Source: Eledone cirrhosa (lineage: Eukaryota). From it: DNA of 64,000 nt. The notes beneath the pieces were generated by a model. It saw nothing but the letters and a program-made list of their open reading frames with translations, did no database searches and had not been told where the DNA came from. The translations under genes and the position numbers were made by a program. This document shows, one piece after another, positions 48,586-63,293 of the stretch. The first letter of the stretch is position 1. Each line of letters opens with the position of its first letter. Location: the NCBI GenBank assembly GCA_964016885.1, contig OZ024756.1, forward strand, positions 21,328,001-21,392,000. The letters run 5' to 3'.

Positions 48586-48775
48586 GGATTGGCAGTATCG
48601 GTAGAGCGTCTGACACCATGCTTTACATTCCGAGTTCAAATCCCGGCGAGGTTAGCTTTGCCTTTCATCCTTACAGGGTCGATAAAATTATGTACCAGTA
48701 ATGCACTGGGGTCCTTTTTAACGACCCCCCCCCCAAAAAAAAAAAAATTGCTGGCCTTGTGCCTAAAGAATAGAC
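48586..48775 (+). mobile_element. SINE family A
   Basis: A/B boxes and conserved core. Confidence 0.85.
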
Positions 48776-49254
48776 CACTATTATTATGAAGTTAGTTACA
48801 AAATCCTTACAATCATCATTTGTCTTCCCTTTTTCTTGAGTTCAATTCGTGGGTATTCGTTTCATAGATGGCGTGATGGGTTTACAGAAACTGTGGAGTC
48901 ACTAGCTTTTAAAAAAAAGATGTACACTCGTAGTTAGCGTTACTACTAGGTGGTTGCTGTTACTTCAATACCGTAGCTAGTTTTGTCTAATAAGAAGATA
49001 GTATCCGGTGTATGACACTGTATAATGCATATTTGAAATGACTGACTGTTATAATGATGCCTGTGTGTGCCTGTTTGAAACTGTATATGTGTGAATGTGC
49101 CTGTGAGTGTAAATATATGTATGTGTGTATGTGTGTGAGAGAAGGCTTGTGTGTGTTATTATCGTATAGTATAGCATATCGATATTAAACAATAGTCATA
49201 TAATCCCACAACGATATATAAACACAAACACATTCACGATCTAAATGACGGAAA

Positions 49255-50364
49255 TATATATCTATATTTATATCTATATTTATATCTGTATTTATATCTC
49301 TATTTATATCTTTATTTATATCTGTATTTATATCTATATTTATATCTGTATTTATATCTTTATTTATATCTATATTTATATCTTTATTTATATCTCTATT
49401 TATATCTATATTTATATATATATTTATATCTATATTTATATCTGTATTTATATCTATATTTATATCTATATTTATATCTATATTTATATCTTTATTTATA
49501 TCTATATTTATATCTGTATTTATATCTGTATTTATATCTGTATTTATATCTGTATTTATATCTATATTTATATCTGTATTTATATCTATATTTATATCTA
49601 TATTTATATCTGTATTTATATGTATATTTATATCTATATTTATATCTGTATTTACATCTATATTTATATCTATATTTATATCTATATTTATATCTGTATT
49701 TATATCTATATTTATATCTGTATTTATATCTGTATTTACATCTATATTTATATCTGTATTTATATCTATATTTATATCTATATTTATATCTATATTTATA
49801 TCTATATTTATATGTATATTTATATGTATATTTATATATGCATTTATATCTATATTTATATGTGTATTTATATCTATATTTATATCTGTATTTATATATA
49901 TATTTATATCTGTATTTATATCTGTATTTATATCTGTATTTATATCTGTATTTATATCTATATTTATATCTATATTTATATCTATATTTATATCTATATT
50001 TATATCTGTATTTATATCTGTATTTATATCTATATTTATATCTATATTTATATCTATATTTATATCTATATTTATATCTTTATTTATATCTTTATTTATA
50101 TTTTTATTTATATTTGTATTTATATCTATATTTATATCTATATTTATATCTATATTTATATCTGTATTTATATCTGTATTTATATCTGTATTTACATCTA
50201 TATTTATATCTGTATTTATATCTATATTTATATCTATATTCATATCTATCTATCTATATATCTATATTCATATCTATCTATCTATCTATCTATCTATATA
50301 TATCTATCTATATTCATATCTATCTATCTATATATATATATCTATATTCATATCTATCTATCTA

Positions 50365-50403
<39 letters not shown>

Positions 50404-50850
50404 CTATCTATAAGTCTATATATATATATATTCCTATCTATAAGACTATATATATTCCTATCTATAAGTCTATATATATTCCTATCTATAAGACTATATA
50501 TATTCCTATCTATAAGTCTATATATATTCCTATCTATAAGTCTATATATATTCCTATATATAAGTCTATCTATATTCCCATCTATATTCCTATCTATAAG
50601 TCTATCTATATTCCCATCTATATTCCTATATATATTTATATCTATACGTCTATATGTATGTCTATTTATATCTATATTCCCATCTATATTCCTATATATA
50701 TTTATATCTATACGTCTATATGTATGTCTATTTATATCTATATTCCCATCTATATTCCTATATATATATTTATATCTATACGTCTATATGTATGTCTATT
50801 TATATCTATATTCCTTTCTATGTCTACCTATATTCATATCTATACTTATA
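49255..50850. repeat. 12-bp tandem array (TATTTATATCTR, ~80 copies to ~50240) followed by related 20-bp and longer units
   Basis: Direct reading. Gives rise to the spurious 'DINI/DINT' ORF. Confidence 0.92.
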
Positions 50851-50879
50851 GCTACCATACAACACTCTAACAACTTTAA

Positions 50880-51196
50880 GGCGAGGGATTGGTAGAATCG
50901 GTAGAGTATCGGCCAACTTGTTAGTTACGTTGCCCTTTACATTCTGAATTCAAATCATGTTTTGCTTTCCATCCTTATGAAGTCAATAAAATAAAGTACC
51001 AGTAACGCACTGCGGTTGATTTCAACGACTTTCCTCTGCCCGCAAAAATGTTGTTGGCTTTGTGCCTAAACCTGAATACATTATTTTTCTAACGCCAAGG
51101 TTAGGTTTGCCTTTCATCCTTACGGGGTCGATAAAATAAAGTACCAGTAATGCACTGGGTATTGCTGGCCTTGTGCCAAAAATAGAAACAATTATT
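50880..51196 (+). mobile_element. SINE family A: diverged copy plus younger 3' fragment
   Basis: TGGTAGAATCGG, GAATTCAAATC, and the core present twice. Confidence 0.75.
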
Positions 51197-51204
51197 TTAC
51201 CCGG

Positions 51205-51645
51205 TCTATGGCTGGTAGATTAGCAGGGTGAGGTAGCGTAGAGAGGAGCAAAGCAATTTTAAACTGGTATCATATATAAAGCAAGTTATCTTACAGGATA
51301 TTCCATGATATGTTGGTAGCCAAACGAGCTGGACATATCGGTGACCACCAAGTATAACCATCTCCCTGATAAATATGTCCGAACACGGAAGAGCTGAAAT
51401 CCCACTGTCATCGCCTCCATCACTCTCGCCCTCCCCATATCTCCCCGGAGGACAGAATGGAGAAGGCGTTTCCCCGGAGGACGGTAAGTGAGATACACTG
51501 GAAGAACCAATCAATCTCGCGATACTCACACCTGCGGCTGGCCAGCTCAGTGACTATGGTGGTAAACAGGAAGGTAGCTCTGGGGTCAAGGATACCAGAA
51601 CTCTCCACTGCTAAGGGCACGACGTCAAACCTGTCGGAGAGCGAG
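51205..51645 (-). mobile_element. CRE-clade non-LTR retrotransposon 3' remnant (restriction-like endonuclease C-terminus plus 3' UTR)
   Basis: SLSDRFDVVPLAVESSGILDP...REIDWFFQCISLTVLRGNAFSILSS resembles the CRE 'F.PLAVET.G...FQR.S..IQRGNA..I' motif. Confidence 0.75.
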
Positions 51646-51799
51646 ATTAATAGTATTGACAGAACTTCTGACACCATGCTTCGTGGCATGTAGTTACAGC
51701 ATTTTACGTTCTGAGTTCAAATCCCGCCGAGGTAAGCTTTGCCTTAAACATCAATGCTTAAATTAAAATTAATTTATTTCAGAGACAATTAAATGAGAC

Positions 51800-51926
<127 letters not shown>

Positions 51927-51963
51927 CTATATATATATATATATGTACATACACACACACACA

Positions 51964-51999
<36 letters not shown>

Positions 52000-52000
52000 T

Positions 52001-52031
<31 letters not shown>

Positions 52032-52300
52032 AAAATTTGATTTGCAAGGTTTTTGATATTAAATCGTGTGTCGAAACAAATATTGTTATACATGGGGATC
52101 GTCATATTGTTGTAATATTGCCAGAAATAATAACAGAACACACTCACTGTTTGGTTGGTTTTCGCTTCTGTAGCTTTTATATCTCCATAGTTAATTTATT
52201 TGGCAATCATTGATTGACCAACGGTTAAAAATACAGATATAAATATATATATATATATATATAAGTTATAAGAATCAAAGTTCTGTTCAAATCATTTATA

Positions 52301-52347
52301 TGCTTACAATTGTTTCCTCCAAACCGAGGTTTGGTTTCTTCGGAGCA
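52301..52347 (-). ncRNA. Hammerhead-like motif (family H3)
   Basis: TGCT-CCGAAGA-AA-CCAAACC-TC-GGTTTGG-AG-GAAA-CAATTGTA-AGCA: stem I TGCT/AGCA, palindromic ACAATTGT, GTA triplet, variant core. Confidence 0.45.
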
Positions 52348-52505
52348 ATTTATTAATGAATGATCACATATATGACCTCCTTTTCATTTAACTTACTGGT
52401 AATAAGGTAGTAATATATTATTGCCTATCACTATTTAGGGTTTGTAAAAATACATAAAACTACAAAAGGTTCTTGTATATGCATAACCATAAATAGTATC
52501 CTTAA

Positions 52506-52542
<37 letters not shown>

Positions 52543-53035
52543 ATCAAAGTTCTTTCGTTGCACATCTGCAACATCATCAGTGGTTACCCCTATTGTATTG
52601 TAATGTCTACGTCATTTTAATTTTGATTTATTTAGTTATTTCGGAGTCGATAAAATCAGTCCCAGTAACACAAACACTATGGTTAATTTAATCTACTTTC
52701 CCTTCCCCCTAAATTATTGATTTGTTGCTACAAATTATTGATTTTTTGCCCAAATCAGAAACCATCACACAGTGGATTTGTTTTAATATCTTATGTCACA
52801 CTATGTGATTGATCAGATATAATTAGAAACTCTTTAAGTATGTTTTTATTTCAATATATTATTTTAGTGAAACGAGGAGGAAATAGGGATCATGACCTTT
52901 TAAGGTCCACCTCTCACTCTCTCTCTCTCTCTCTCTCCGTAAATTCCAAAGATCGATGCAATTGTTATTCAGTTTAGACAACAATAACAATACATAACAT
53001 ACATTTATATATATATATACACACACACACATACG

Positions 53036-53067
<32 letters not shown>

Positions 53068-53131
53068 AATACGCACGCACACGCACATATATAGATATAT
53101 ACATACATATATCATACAATCACACACACAC

Positions 53132-53163
<32 letters not shown>

Positions 53164-53485
53164 ACATCACATACGTATATATATACGCACACACACATTT
53201 ATATAAATATGTACATACATATATCATACATTTATACACACACATCTATCTATCTATCTATCGATATATAATACACACACACACATCTATCTATCTATCT
53301 ATCGATATATAATACACACATCTATCTATCTATCTATCGATATATAATACACACACACACATCTATCTATCTATCTATCGATATATAATACACACACACA
53401 CATACACAGACACACACACATAGGTACAATCTCGACCACGACACCAAGCAGTTTCTATCTGTGGGTTCAGCGCGCGCACACGCAC

Positions 53486-53553
<68 letters not shown>

Positions 53554-53585
53554 ACACCCACACACACACACACACACCCACACCC

Positions 53586-53616
<31 letters not shown>

Positions 53617-53647
53617 TATATGCGGCGGTGTGATTGTTTGTGCGTAT

Positions 53648-53692
<45 letters not shown>

Positions 53693-53966
53693 TTTAAAAT
53701 GTCTGATTTAATTTGCTCTGAAAGAAATTAATTTTAATTTAAGCATTGTTTTGTAAGTGGTGACATCTGGTGGGAGGGATTGAGGATTAATCATTAAAAC
53801 ACAATTATTGATGTTTGACATCCTGAACGGTATAGATTCTACCCCCATAGGGGAGGAATTATTTGGCATGAAGGTGAGGAAGGGGTGGTCTGGGTTGGTG
53901 GAGGATCGCAGATATATTTGTTAATGAGGTGAGGAATAAATTAAGTTTTCGGAACAAATATATATG

Positions 53967-54095
<129 letters not shown>

Positions 54096-54453
54096 ATATA
54101 TGTATATGTGTGAGTGTATATATATATATATATATAGGAAAAAGGATGACCCCGACGGCAGAGCTCAAGCCGTTTCGACGGCTATTTCTGGACTGAGTCT
54201 AGAAATAGCCGTCGATATACATATATACATATATATACACACACACACACATATATATACACACACACACACATATATATACATATATACACACACACAC
54301 ACACATATATATATGTATATATATATATAACAAAGGAATTGTGGTAAGGAACCAGGTGGACCATAACGAACCAGAGTACTCAATACTTAGGGTAGTAGAG
54401 TGGGAAATAGGAACGAGTAGGACCCCGACGGTTCCTTACCACAATTCCTTTGT

Positions 54454-54506
<53 letters not shown>

Positions 54507-54515
54507 GTGTGTGTG

Positions 54516-54546
<31 letters not shown>

Positions 54547-54587
54547 ATATGTATATATATGTGTGTGTGTGTGTATATGTATATATA

Positions 54588-54618
<31 letters not shown>

Positions 54619-54645
54619 GTATATGTGTGTTTGTGTGTGTGTATA

Positions 54646-54698
<53 letters not shown>

Positions 54699-55154
54699 TA
54701 CTGCAAGCAACAAAAACCGTAAAGAGAAAAAGGTAAAAGACACAGCAATACTTAGGAAAATGATTTGGTTTGACATTTATGGAATGGTGGTGGTGGTGGT
54801 GGTGGTACTGGGTGGTGTTGGTGGTGGTGCTGGTAGTGGGGGTGGGGGTAGTTGTGATGGAGTGGTAGTGGTGATGTTGGTGCTTGTTGTGATGGTGGTG
54901 GCGATGTTGGTGCTAATTGTGGTGGTGGTGGTTGGTGTGGTGGTTGTGCTGGTGCTGGTAAAAGGAGGGGTGGCGGAGGCATTAACTTTATGACACTAAC
55001 GACTTTTAACAAGAAATTGGGTGGGTGTTTTCTATTATACACACAGATACATATATACATACATACATGTATGTATGTATAAGTTACGTTCATACATAAA
55101 CACACACACGCGTGTATATCTATATATCTATCTACCTAACTAATATATATATAT

Positions 55155-55193
<39 letters not shown>

Positions 55194-55210
55194 TACACAT
55201 ATAGATAAAT

Positions 55211-55293
<83 letters not shown>

Positions 55294-55310
55294 TACACAT
55301 ATAGATAAAT

Positions 55311-55351
<41 letters not shown>

Positions 55352-55535
55352 TGTATGTATATATATATGTTCACACACACACCTACATATATATATATAT
55401 GTATATATATACGCATTTCATATATATTCAGACACATACAGACACACACACACCTATATATATATATATGTATACATATATATACGCATTTCATATATAT
55501 ATTCAGACACATACAGACACACACACACATATATA

Positions 55536-55616
<81 letters not shown>

Positions 55617-55662
55617 TATGGAATACTGTTGGCTTTTCGCTACAACGTTTTCTATACCTTTC

Positions 55663-55728
<66 letters not shown>

Positions 55729-56069
55729 AATGCGTTCCCGCGGCAAATGGTCAGTTGTTTAACACCGGAACACCACCTCTGTAACAGGCGTCCCGGATGG
55801 CAGGTCAAACACTCGACCCTGAATCCGAAGCCATTTTCACTTACATTAACATTCAACAGAAATGCTGGGGAAACATTTATTTATGTCATAATTTAGTTTC
55901 AAATATCGGAAATGGAAGATTCGTAGGGGTCTTTCGACAAAGGATTCATGGCAAATGTAAGAATTTAAAAATTATGAAAGAAAAAAAAAAATTCCAATTT
56001 TATTATTTCTCTCTATAAATATTTTGGTATATTTATCATAAAATTATAGTCACACTTTCTTAATAATAA

Positions 56070-56430
56070 TAATTGTTTCTACTTTAGGCACAAGGCCAGC
56101 AATTACCCCAGTGCATTACTGGTACTTTATTTTATCAACCCCGTAAGGATGAAAGGCAAAGTTAACCTCGGCGGGATTTGAACTCAGATCATAAAGGGAC
56201 TTTCTTAATAAAAATAATTGTTTCTACTATAGGCACAAGGCCAGCAATTACTCCAGTGTATTACTGGTACTTTATTTTATCGACCCCCTTTCAAATCCAG
56301 CTGAGGTTACCTTTGTATTTCATTCTTACGGGGTCGATAAAATAAAGTACTAGTAACGCACTGGGGTCGAATTAATCGATCCCCTACAGCAGAAAAAATA
56401 ATGTTGCCTGTGTGCCTAAAAGTGAAACCA
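56070..56430. mobile_element. SINE family A fragments in both orientations
   Basis: Minus fragments at 56070-56200 and 56215-56288, plus fragment at 56290-56430. Confidence 0.8.
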
Positions 56431-56555
56431 TTATTTCAATTGTAAATGGAGCCTTAGGCAGAGTGGCTAGATGTTTGAAGGACTGGTTGAAGATGTTGGA
56501 CATGGAGATGAATTTACCGACTCTCAGAAAACTTGCTCACTTGGCACAGCAAGAA
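56430..56555 (+). mobile_element. R4/Dong-like RLE retrotransposon C-terminal remnant
   Basis: IISIVNGALGRVARCLKDWLKMLDMEMNLPTLRKLA resembles 'VIPIVIGALG.V...L..WL..L....LQK'. Confidence 0.6.
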
Positions 56556-56579
56556 CAATTTCTCTTGCAACTGCTACCA

Positions 56580-56935
56580 GTTAGAAACCACTGTTGATAG
56601 TTCTGGCGACCACGTATTTGAACAGTTCCTCGTGTTTCGTGTTGCGACGGTGAGATCTCCCACCCACTTTGGGGTGGGTGAGAGATGTCTTCTCTTGTAA
56701 AAATGGGTATAGCTTTCATTATGTAAAATCTCCCCATTTTGCCTCATTTCTCCCCATTGTGGGGCACTTGTTTCATGGTGCTCCTCGTTTGGGTTTTTAG
56801 AGGTTGGCAGGTCTGGTGTTTCCGTTGTTTCTTGGGAACATTCTGGTAGGTTCTGTTTTCTATTTTGTTTCTTTTCCTCTCCTTTCTTTTCCTGTTGTAA
56901 AATACATATCTTCAGGTTCCATTTGATTCTCATCC
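56580..56935 (-). mobile_element. Decayed AP-endonuclease region of a LINE (RTE-like)
   Basis: MRIKWNL...GEMRQNGE....YTHFY....GDL...WSP weakly resembles the APE N-terminus (TWNV...E.RW..G...YSG...GV...W.P). Confidence 0.4.
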
Positions 56936-57007
56936 ATGTACGTGAAACGGGATGTTAAGAGGAAGCAAGTTGACCGATCGTTTAAACAAACTAACGAAAC
57001 TTATCTC

Positions 57008-57275
57008 TGTTCTTCTTGTGTCCACAACAGTATCAGTTACAAAGCTTGGCCACAGCTGAACACATTGCTGTCCTTTCTCATTAAACTCTGCCAAGTCCAA
57101 TGCTGTGCAGGGGTGTTCTATCAGGGGGTATATCAGGAGATGCTGCGTAGTCTGTGGTTCGATGCCACAGTCACACACAACGTCTCCATCCTTTAAATAC
57201 AGGTCCTGCACCAGATGTTAGTCTGTTTAGGCATTTCCACACTGCATAGATTGTATCTGCTCCAGGGGGCAGTAC
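57008..57275 (-). mobile_element. I-group (Vingi/Ingi-like) LINE 3' remnant with CCHC-type motif
   Basis: LPPGADTIYAVWKCLNRL...CDCGIEPQTTQHLL..P...PCTALDL, ending in a GACACAAGAAGAA-like tail. Confidence 0.65.
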
Positions 57276-57787
57276 CACACTCGCCTCTAGCTCCATTGTT
57301 GTTAAGAAAACTCATCTTACCTGCCGATTACCGAAATATATTGAGTTCTAAAATTTACCTAGAGTATTTGCTCTTATAATAATAAATATACAGGAGTCTC
57401 GCTATGAATATTTTTAGCTGTGATCATGTCACAGCTATCTCTCTTTTCTTCTCTTTCTCACTCACTCGTACAAACACACACACAGATAAACATACATACA
57501 CATATATATTAATATTTATATTTATATAGATATGTGTGTGTGTGTGTGTGTCTGTGTGTGTATATTTGTATAAATATATATATGTGTGTGTGTATTTGTA
57601 TGTATATATATCTATATATATATATATGTAAAATAATAATTCATTATGACTTAAGTTGTTTTGTTACTCTGCGCACTCACATGATCATTAGACAAGATAC
57701 ACACACCACACACGCACAAACACACACACTCACCACACACACACACACACATACACACACGCACACACACATACACAGAGACACACG

Positions 57788-57817
<30 letters not shown>

Positions 57818-57820
<3 letters not shown>

Positions 57821-58003
57821 TGTTTCTACTTTTGACACAAGGCCAGCATTTACCCCAGTGCATTACTGGTACTTTATTTTATCGACCCCCGTAAGGATGA
57901 AAGGCAAAGTTAACCTCGGCGGGATTTGAACTCAGAATGCAAAGGACCATAACTCTATGCTGCAAAGCATGGTGTTCGACCCTCTACCGATACTGCCAAC
58001 CCA
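57818..58003 (-). mobile_element. SINE family A, full-length
   Basis: Reverse-complement A/B boxes and body. Confidence 0.9.
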
Positions 58004-58957
58004 ACTAAAATGATATACTGCATGCAGCAAGGAAGAGGACAAACGCATAGACACATAGAGCAAGTTAACATATTCTCTTGCTATTCCTAGTAATATTAAT
58101 TAAATCTAATTAAATCAATGAAAAGGGATTTAATTAACTTCCTGTCCACCCCACAACACCCGGCTTTCTCTTTGACAACCAAAGAAGTGTCTGTTGGTGT
58201 TTTTCTTTCAGAGGTGGGTATTTTTGTTCTTTTAGACTTTGGTATTTTGATTATGGTAATGTTGTTGGCTGTTGACATGGAAAATTACTAATAAAGAAAT
58301 AAAATATTAGGGATTTGTCATGGGCCCTTGGCATTACATATCCATCAAATGTGTCTTTGTCAATGCCATCATCGTTGTCATCGTCATCACAATCATGATG
58401 ATGATGAAGACAATCTTCATCACGTTTGTCGTTAACGCCACAATCATATATATATATATAGTTAAAATGGCTTCTACAGGACCAGAACTGTTTCATTCGG
58501 GAGAAAACATCAGGAAGTCGACTGTCAATGTAATATTTATTTATACATTTTCTGATGGTAGGAGAGAGTGGTTGTTGGGATGGGTGGAGGTAATTGGTTG
58601 GAGAAATATAGTGATACAAAGGCAGAAAAAAAAAAGTACCTATAGGCAAACACGAACACACTGAGAGGCACTCCTAATTTTTAAGGTTCATTTATTCCAA
58701 GCAAACAATGTGTATTCATTGGTGAGGTCTGCAAAAATGGCCAGGTGTCTGGTGTTATATATTTATATATAGAGAGAGAGGCGTCTATATACCTACTTAA
58801 CTGCCTGTCTACTCCATCCACACCAATCTCTCTCCATCTATCTGTCAATCTCTCTCTCTCTATATATATATAAAAGGTAAACAAAACTAACAACACAAAC
58901 GGTACAGTATATGGAAGGAATATATTAGTTTAACACTTGAAATAGCAGGAAGAGGGT

Positions 58958-58990
58958 ATAAGCTTTCGGACGCTAGTCCTTCATCAGAAG
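58958..58990 (-). ncRNA. Minimal hammerhead ribozyme motif (family H1)
   Basis: CTT-CTGATGA-A-GGAC-TAGC-GTCC-GAAA-GCTT. Palindrome is AGCT instead of ACGT. Confidence 0.6.
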
Positions 58991-59094
58991 AACGAATGAG
59001 AATTTTTGAAAGATTGACGGGTCAGGCAGAGCGGAATCGGAAAAATATCTTTAAAGAAAACTAACAGGTTCATTCATGTTGCACCTCCCCCACC

Positions 59095-59193
<99 letters not shown>

Positions 59194-59854
59194 TTCAAGA
59201 GTAACCAATCTTAAAGAGAGAGATTGAGATAGTAGAGGAGATATGAGAGGGAAGATTGGTGAGTTAGTTAGAAGACAAAGCGTAAAGGCATGTGCTCAAT
59301 GTGCAATATGCAGTAGAAAGCAGCTAGGTGGCTGGGTTCATGCAGAGGTTAGGTGCGCAGAGCTGGAAATATTCATTAGTTAAGCAAAACAAGACCACAA
59401 ATTTCACAAGGAAGACATTATTAAAAGATTATCAAACTTAATATGTTGACAATCTTTTAATAATGTCTTCCTTGTGAAATTTGTGGTCTTGTTTTGCTTA
59501 ACTAATGAATATATATATATATATATATAAAATCATATTGAGTATATATATAATCATATTAAGTTGTAGCATGTGTGTATTTGTGTATCTGTATGTGTGC
59601 ATGTGTGTGTCGAAGCATGTGTGTGTGTTTGTATATCTTAGCATGTACGTGTGCATCTGTGCCTGTGTGTGTTTGTATATCATAGCATGTATGTGTGCAT
59701 TTGTATGTGTGTATGTGTTTGTTTCGAAGCATGTGTGTGTGTGTGTCGAAGCCAGTATATGTGCATATATAGACGTCCTAATCATAAAAATGGGAAAGCA
59801 TATATAAAGTATAAGAATATATACTAAAATATTATATAGAAATAATTCCATCAG

Positions 59855-60070
59855 CTGAAGACATGAGGCAAGATTGCTCTGGTGTGAGTAGGTTATGCCT
59901 GGAAGGAAGGTTGGCTGGTGAGAGAAGCAGAGGATGACAGCTAAAATGATGGCTTGATAATGTCAACCTATGGACTGGGCTTGATCTTTGCTCTTTGAAC
60001 TCTGCTGCTGGTGATCGAACTTTGTGGAGAAATATATCTCGTGTTGATGCGCAGTCAGCAACTGGCGGAG
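59855..60070 (+). mobile_element. RTE-type LINE 3' remnant
   Basis: LCLEGRLAGERSRG*QLK*WLDNVNLWTGL...AAGDRTLWR. Confidence 0.75.
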
Positions 60071-61407
60071 TTGGTGGTGGTAGTAGTAGTAGTAGTGGTG
60101 GTAGTGTTAGTAATAATGGTGGTGGTGGTGGTGGTGGTTATAGTAGTGATGGTAGTAGTGGTGGTAGTAGTGGTAGAGGTGGTAGTAGTGGTGGTAGTAG
60201 TAGTAGTGGTACTAGTAGTGGTAGTAGTATAACAACATACTGATTATCACACACATAGACGCACGCACACGGACAGACTGAAACTCACACGCACGAACAC
60301 CCACGCTCACACACAAGCAGACAGGCACGCATGCACACACCCATAAGAACACACAAACATCCACATACACATACATACACACATGCAGACGGACACACAT
60401 ACACGAAGGCGGACATGCACACACACCCACATTCACTCACACGCACACACACACACACATGTACACGCACACACACAGACACACTCACGCACAAACCTAC
60501 AGTTACAAACACACAGACACAGCCTCAGAAAGATCGACAGGCAGACTGTCTCACACACATAGATCAAATTCTAGGGGAAGCTACTCTTGAAAAACGTTTT
60601 TGTAAGGGACGTAATCTTCGTTGTGAGTTTGCAGAATATCAACTATACGAGGTTTACTTTGCCTTTCATGCTTACAGGGTCGTTAAAATAAAGTACCAGT
60701 AATGCACTAGGGTCGATTTAATCGATTTTCCTCTCCCTACAAAATTACTGGCCTTGTGCCTAAAGTAGAAACAGTTACTATCTTACTCCCTTCCTTTCGA
60801 TTGTTTTCTCCCACCAAGGTACACACACTCACATACACACACTCACATACACACACTCACATACACACACACATACACACATACACACAGATAAACATAA
60901 ACGCTTACGCACACACGAACGCATGCACACACACACACATATATATATATTAATATAAATGACTATATACATATATGAAATATATGTATTTCATTTATAT
61001 ACATAGATGAAATACATGACCCGGCAAAGGGCCGAGGAACTCAGCAGAGTCAACGGCCATACAAATGGTACCCCCTCCCCCCACCTGGGAGTGAAAGGCT
61101 CCCAGTTGTTGTCACAACATCTTTCTAGGAGGGAAATTCTGAAAAAAAAAAAACCCCGGCAGCTTCGGAAGCATCCGATGATGTTGACTAGTTCTCCTTT
61201 TCGGGTAGTGTTTTCGATGCTCGGAGAGTGGGATTGGTCGAGTGCAAGGCCTTTCCCAACTTAAAAAAACCTTCAAAGCCCAGGTATTGCTTGTTCAGGT
61301 TATGTTACAGGTTCGTGTGGCTGGCCGTAGCCTAAAAGTGCCCCAAACTCTATAATCTGACAAGCGATTGCAATACTCTTAACAGAGTTTGCAGCTCTGA
61401 TATATAA

Positions 61408-61438
<31 letters not shown>

Positions 61439-62049
61439 TAAATATATATATGAATATATATATGAATATATATATGCATGTATATGTATGTATAGATATA
61501 TGTATATATGAATATATGTGTATATATCTTTATATAGGTGGATTCCCGATGTATATTGGGAGGTGACCACAGTTAATAAAGGTACCCAATACGTTAGTAG
61601 AGTATAGGCTTCTTTATTTTATTATAGAAACGTAGCCCCCCCCTATTCTCTCTCTCGTTATATATATATATATATATACCGAGACACACAAAAACAAGAT
61701 GGCGTAGGACAGAACAAAGGAGAGGCACAAAAAACAAAGAAAAGAATCCCCAGTCACTGAAGAGGTCACAGAATGTGTGACGAAAGAACTTTGACAATAT
61801 ATAAACAACCATCTGGTTATGGAACCAACCAACCAACCAGAAATTTATAAATTCCTAAATATATAAATTTATTATAATAAATTGAAGTGAAAGCAACTGG
61901 TGCGTGTGTTTCTTATTGGCAACATGACCCTCCCAAAGTATAACAATATCGGTTTCAACACACGTTTTCAGATAAAGAATCTTGCTAAACAAATTCAGAA
62001 ACGAAATATATATATATATATATATATATATACGTAAATAAGACCGTTA

Positions 62050-62215
62050 TTGCTCCAATCAGTCCACAAATACTCAGCAAATACTCTAAAGAGAATGTCA
62101 ACAACCTGTACCCATGACTCCTACCAAACCAAACCATACACGCCCTCCAAATTCGGCAAATCAAACTATGACCACCCATTAAACTGCGCTTACACAACCA
62201 GACCGCAAAAGCCAC
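62050..62215 (+). mobile_element. Possible CR1-group/Rex1-like endonuclease remnant
   Basis: NTL....TT...SY...P..PSKFGKSNYDH..AY resembles 'NTLD..YT...AY..P.PPFGKSDH...PAY'. Confidence 0.35.
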
Positions 62216-62663
62216 CTAATGGGGGGAAGACTGACGTTATCAAGCTACAGCTCTCATGTTACATAGTTTCTATATAATAAAGCCAAATATATTATATATT
62301 CTCTTTTCTTTCATTTCAGACGGATGGACGAAGTGGAGATATTGAATCAGACTTTTTACATGATTGAGTTGAAAAGTGGGACCAATTATTTGTATTCCCA
62401 ATAAGGACCACATTCGAATCCCGTACACCAACGATACCTTAATTTGAAAAGGAGAACTGGTCAACATCATCGGATGTTTCAGAGGCCGAAGGTTTTATTT
62501 CAAAGGTTATGTGACAACAACTGGGGGGGGGGGGGGGCTTTCACTCTCAGGTGAAAAAAAAAAAAGAGAGTACTATTTGAATGGCCGGTGACTCTGCCGA
62601 ATTTAGCCGCCTTTTGCCGGGTCTTGTATTTCATCCCGCAGGGTGTCCAAATATCACACACAT

Positions 62664-62707
<44 letters not shown>

Positions 62708-63245
62708 GTGTGTATGTATATATTCATGTATATATATATATTTCCTTAATTGTCGCCTTCATTCTAATTATTATCCATATATTGTTATATACATTTATAT
62801 ATGTTTTTACCTGACAACAAGATTTCATTGAAGACAGATAAAGATCTTTTCAAGCAAAACAGAAAAAAACAATATTCGAGACTTAGAAATGACAAGGAGC
62901 TGAGTCCAAAACAATCTTTATTCAATTCAAAAGACGACATTGGCCAAATTTAATGCCACATCATTGTTTTTACTTTCTAAGCAATCTTATGTGACCAGAT
63001 ATAGAATTGCAGCGATCTCGATGCTGCAATTGACATCTAATTATCGATTACACTACTTGAGATTGGCTTGCACGTACAACAAGACAATTAACTCTATTGA
63101 GTGTTATTATCGAAATAAATAAATGAAAAAAAAAAAAAAAATTAAATATGTATATCACAATGAGAAACAAATAAAAAAAAATTGTATCTGCACTGTACGC
63201 ACCGTGAAACACCCACACATATACATGCATGTACCAATCTATCGA

Positions 63246-63293
<48 letters not shown>

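Noticed and set aside
49185-50243. 352-aa DINI/DINT repeat protein
   Set aside because: By-product of a 12-bp AT-rich tandem array. The opposite strand is also open and there is no unique domain or splice support.
58096-58278. 60-aa ORF MSTANNITIIK... as a first exon
   Set aside because: No convincing donor site and no recognisable homology.
62300-62405. Strong plus-strand acceptor (ctcttttctttcatttcag)
   Set aside because: All three frames close within 30 codons, and I found no partner exon.
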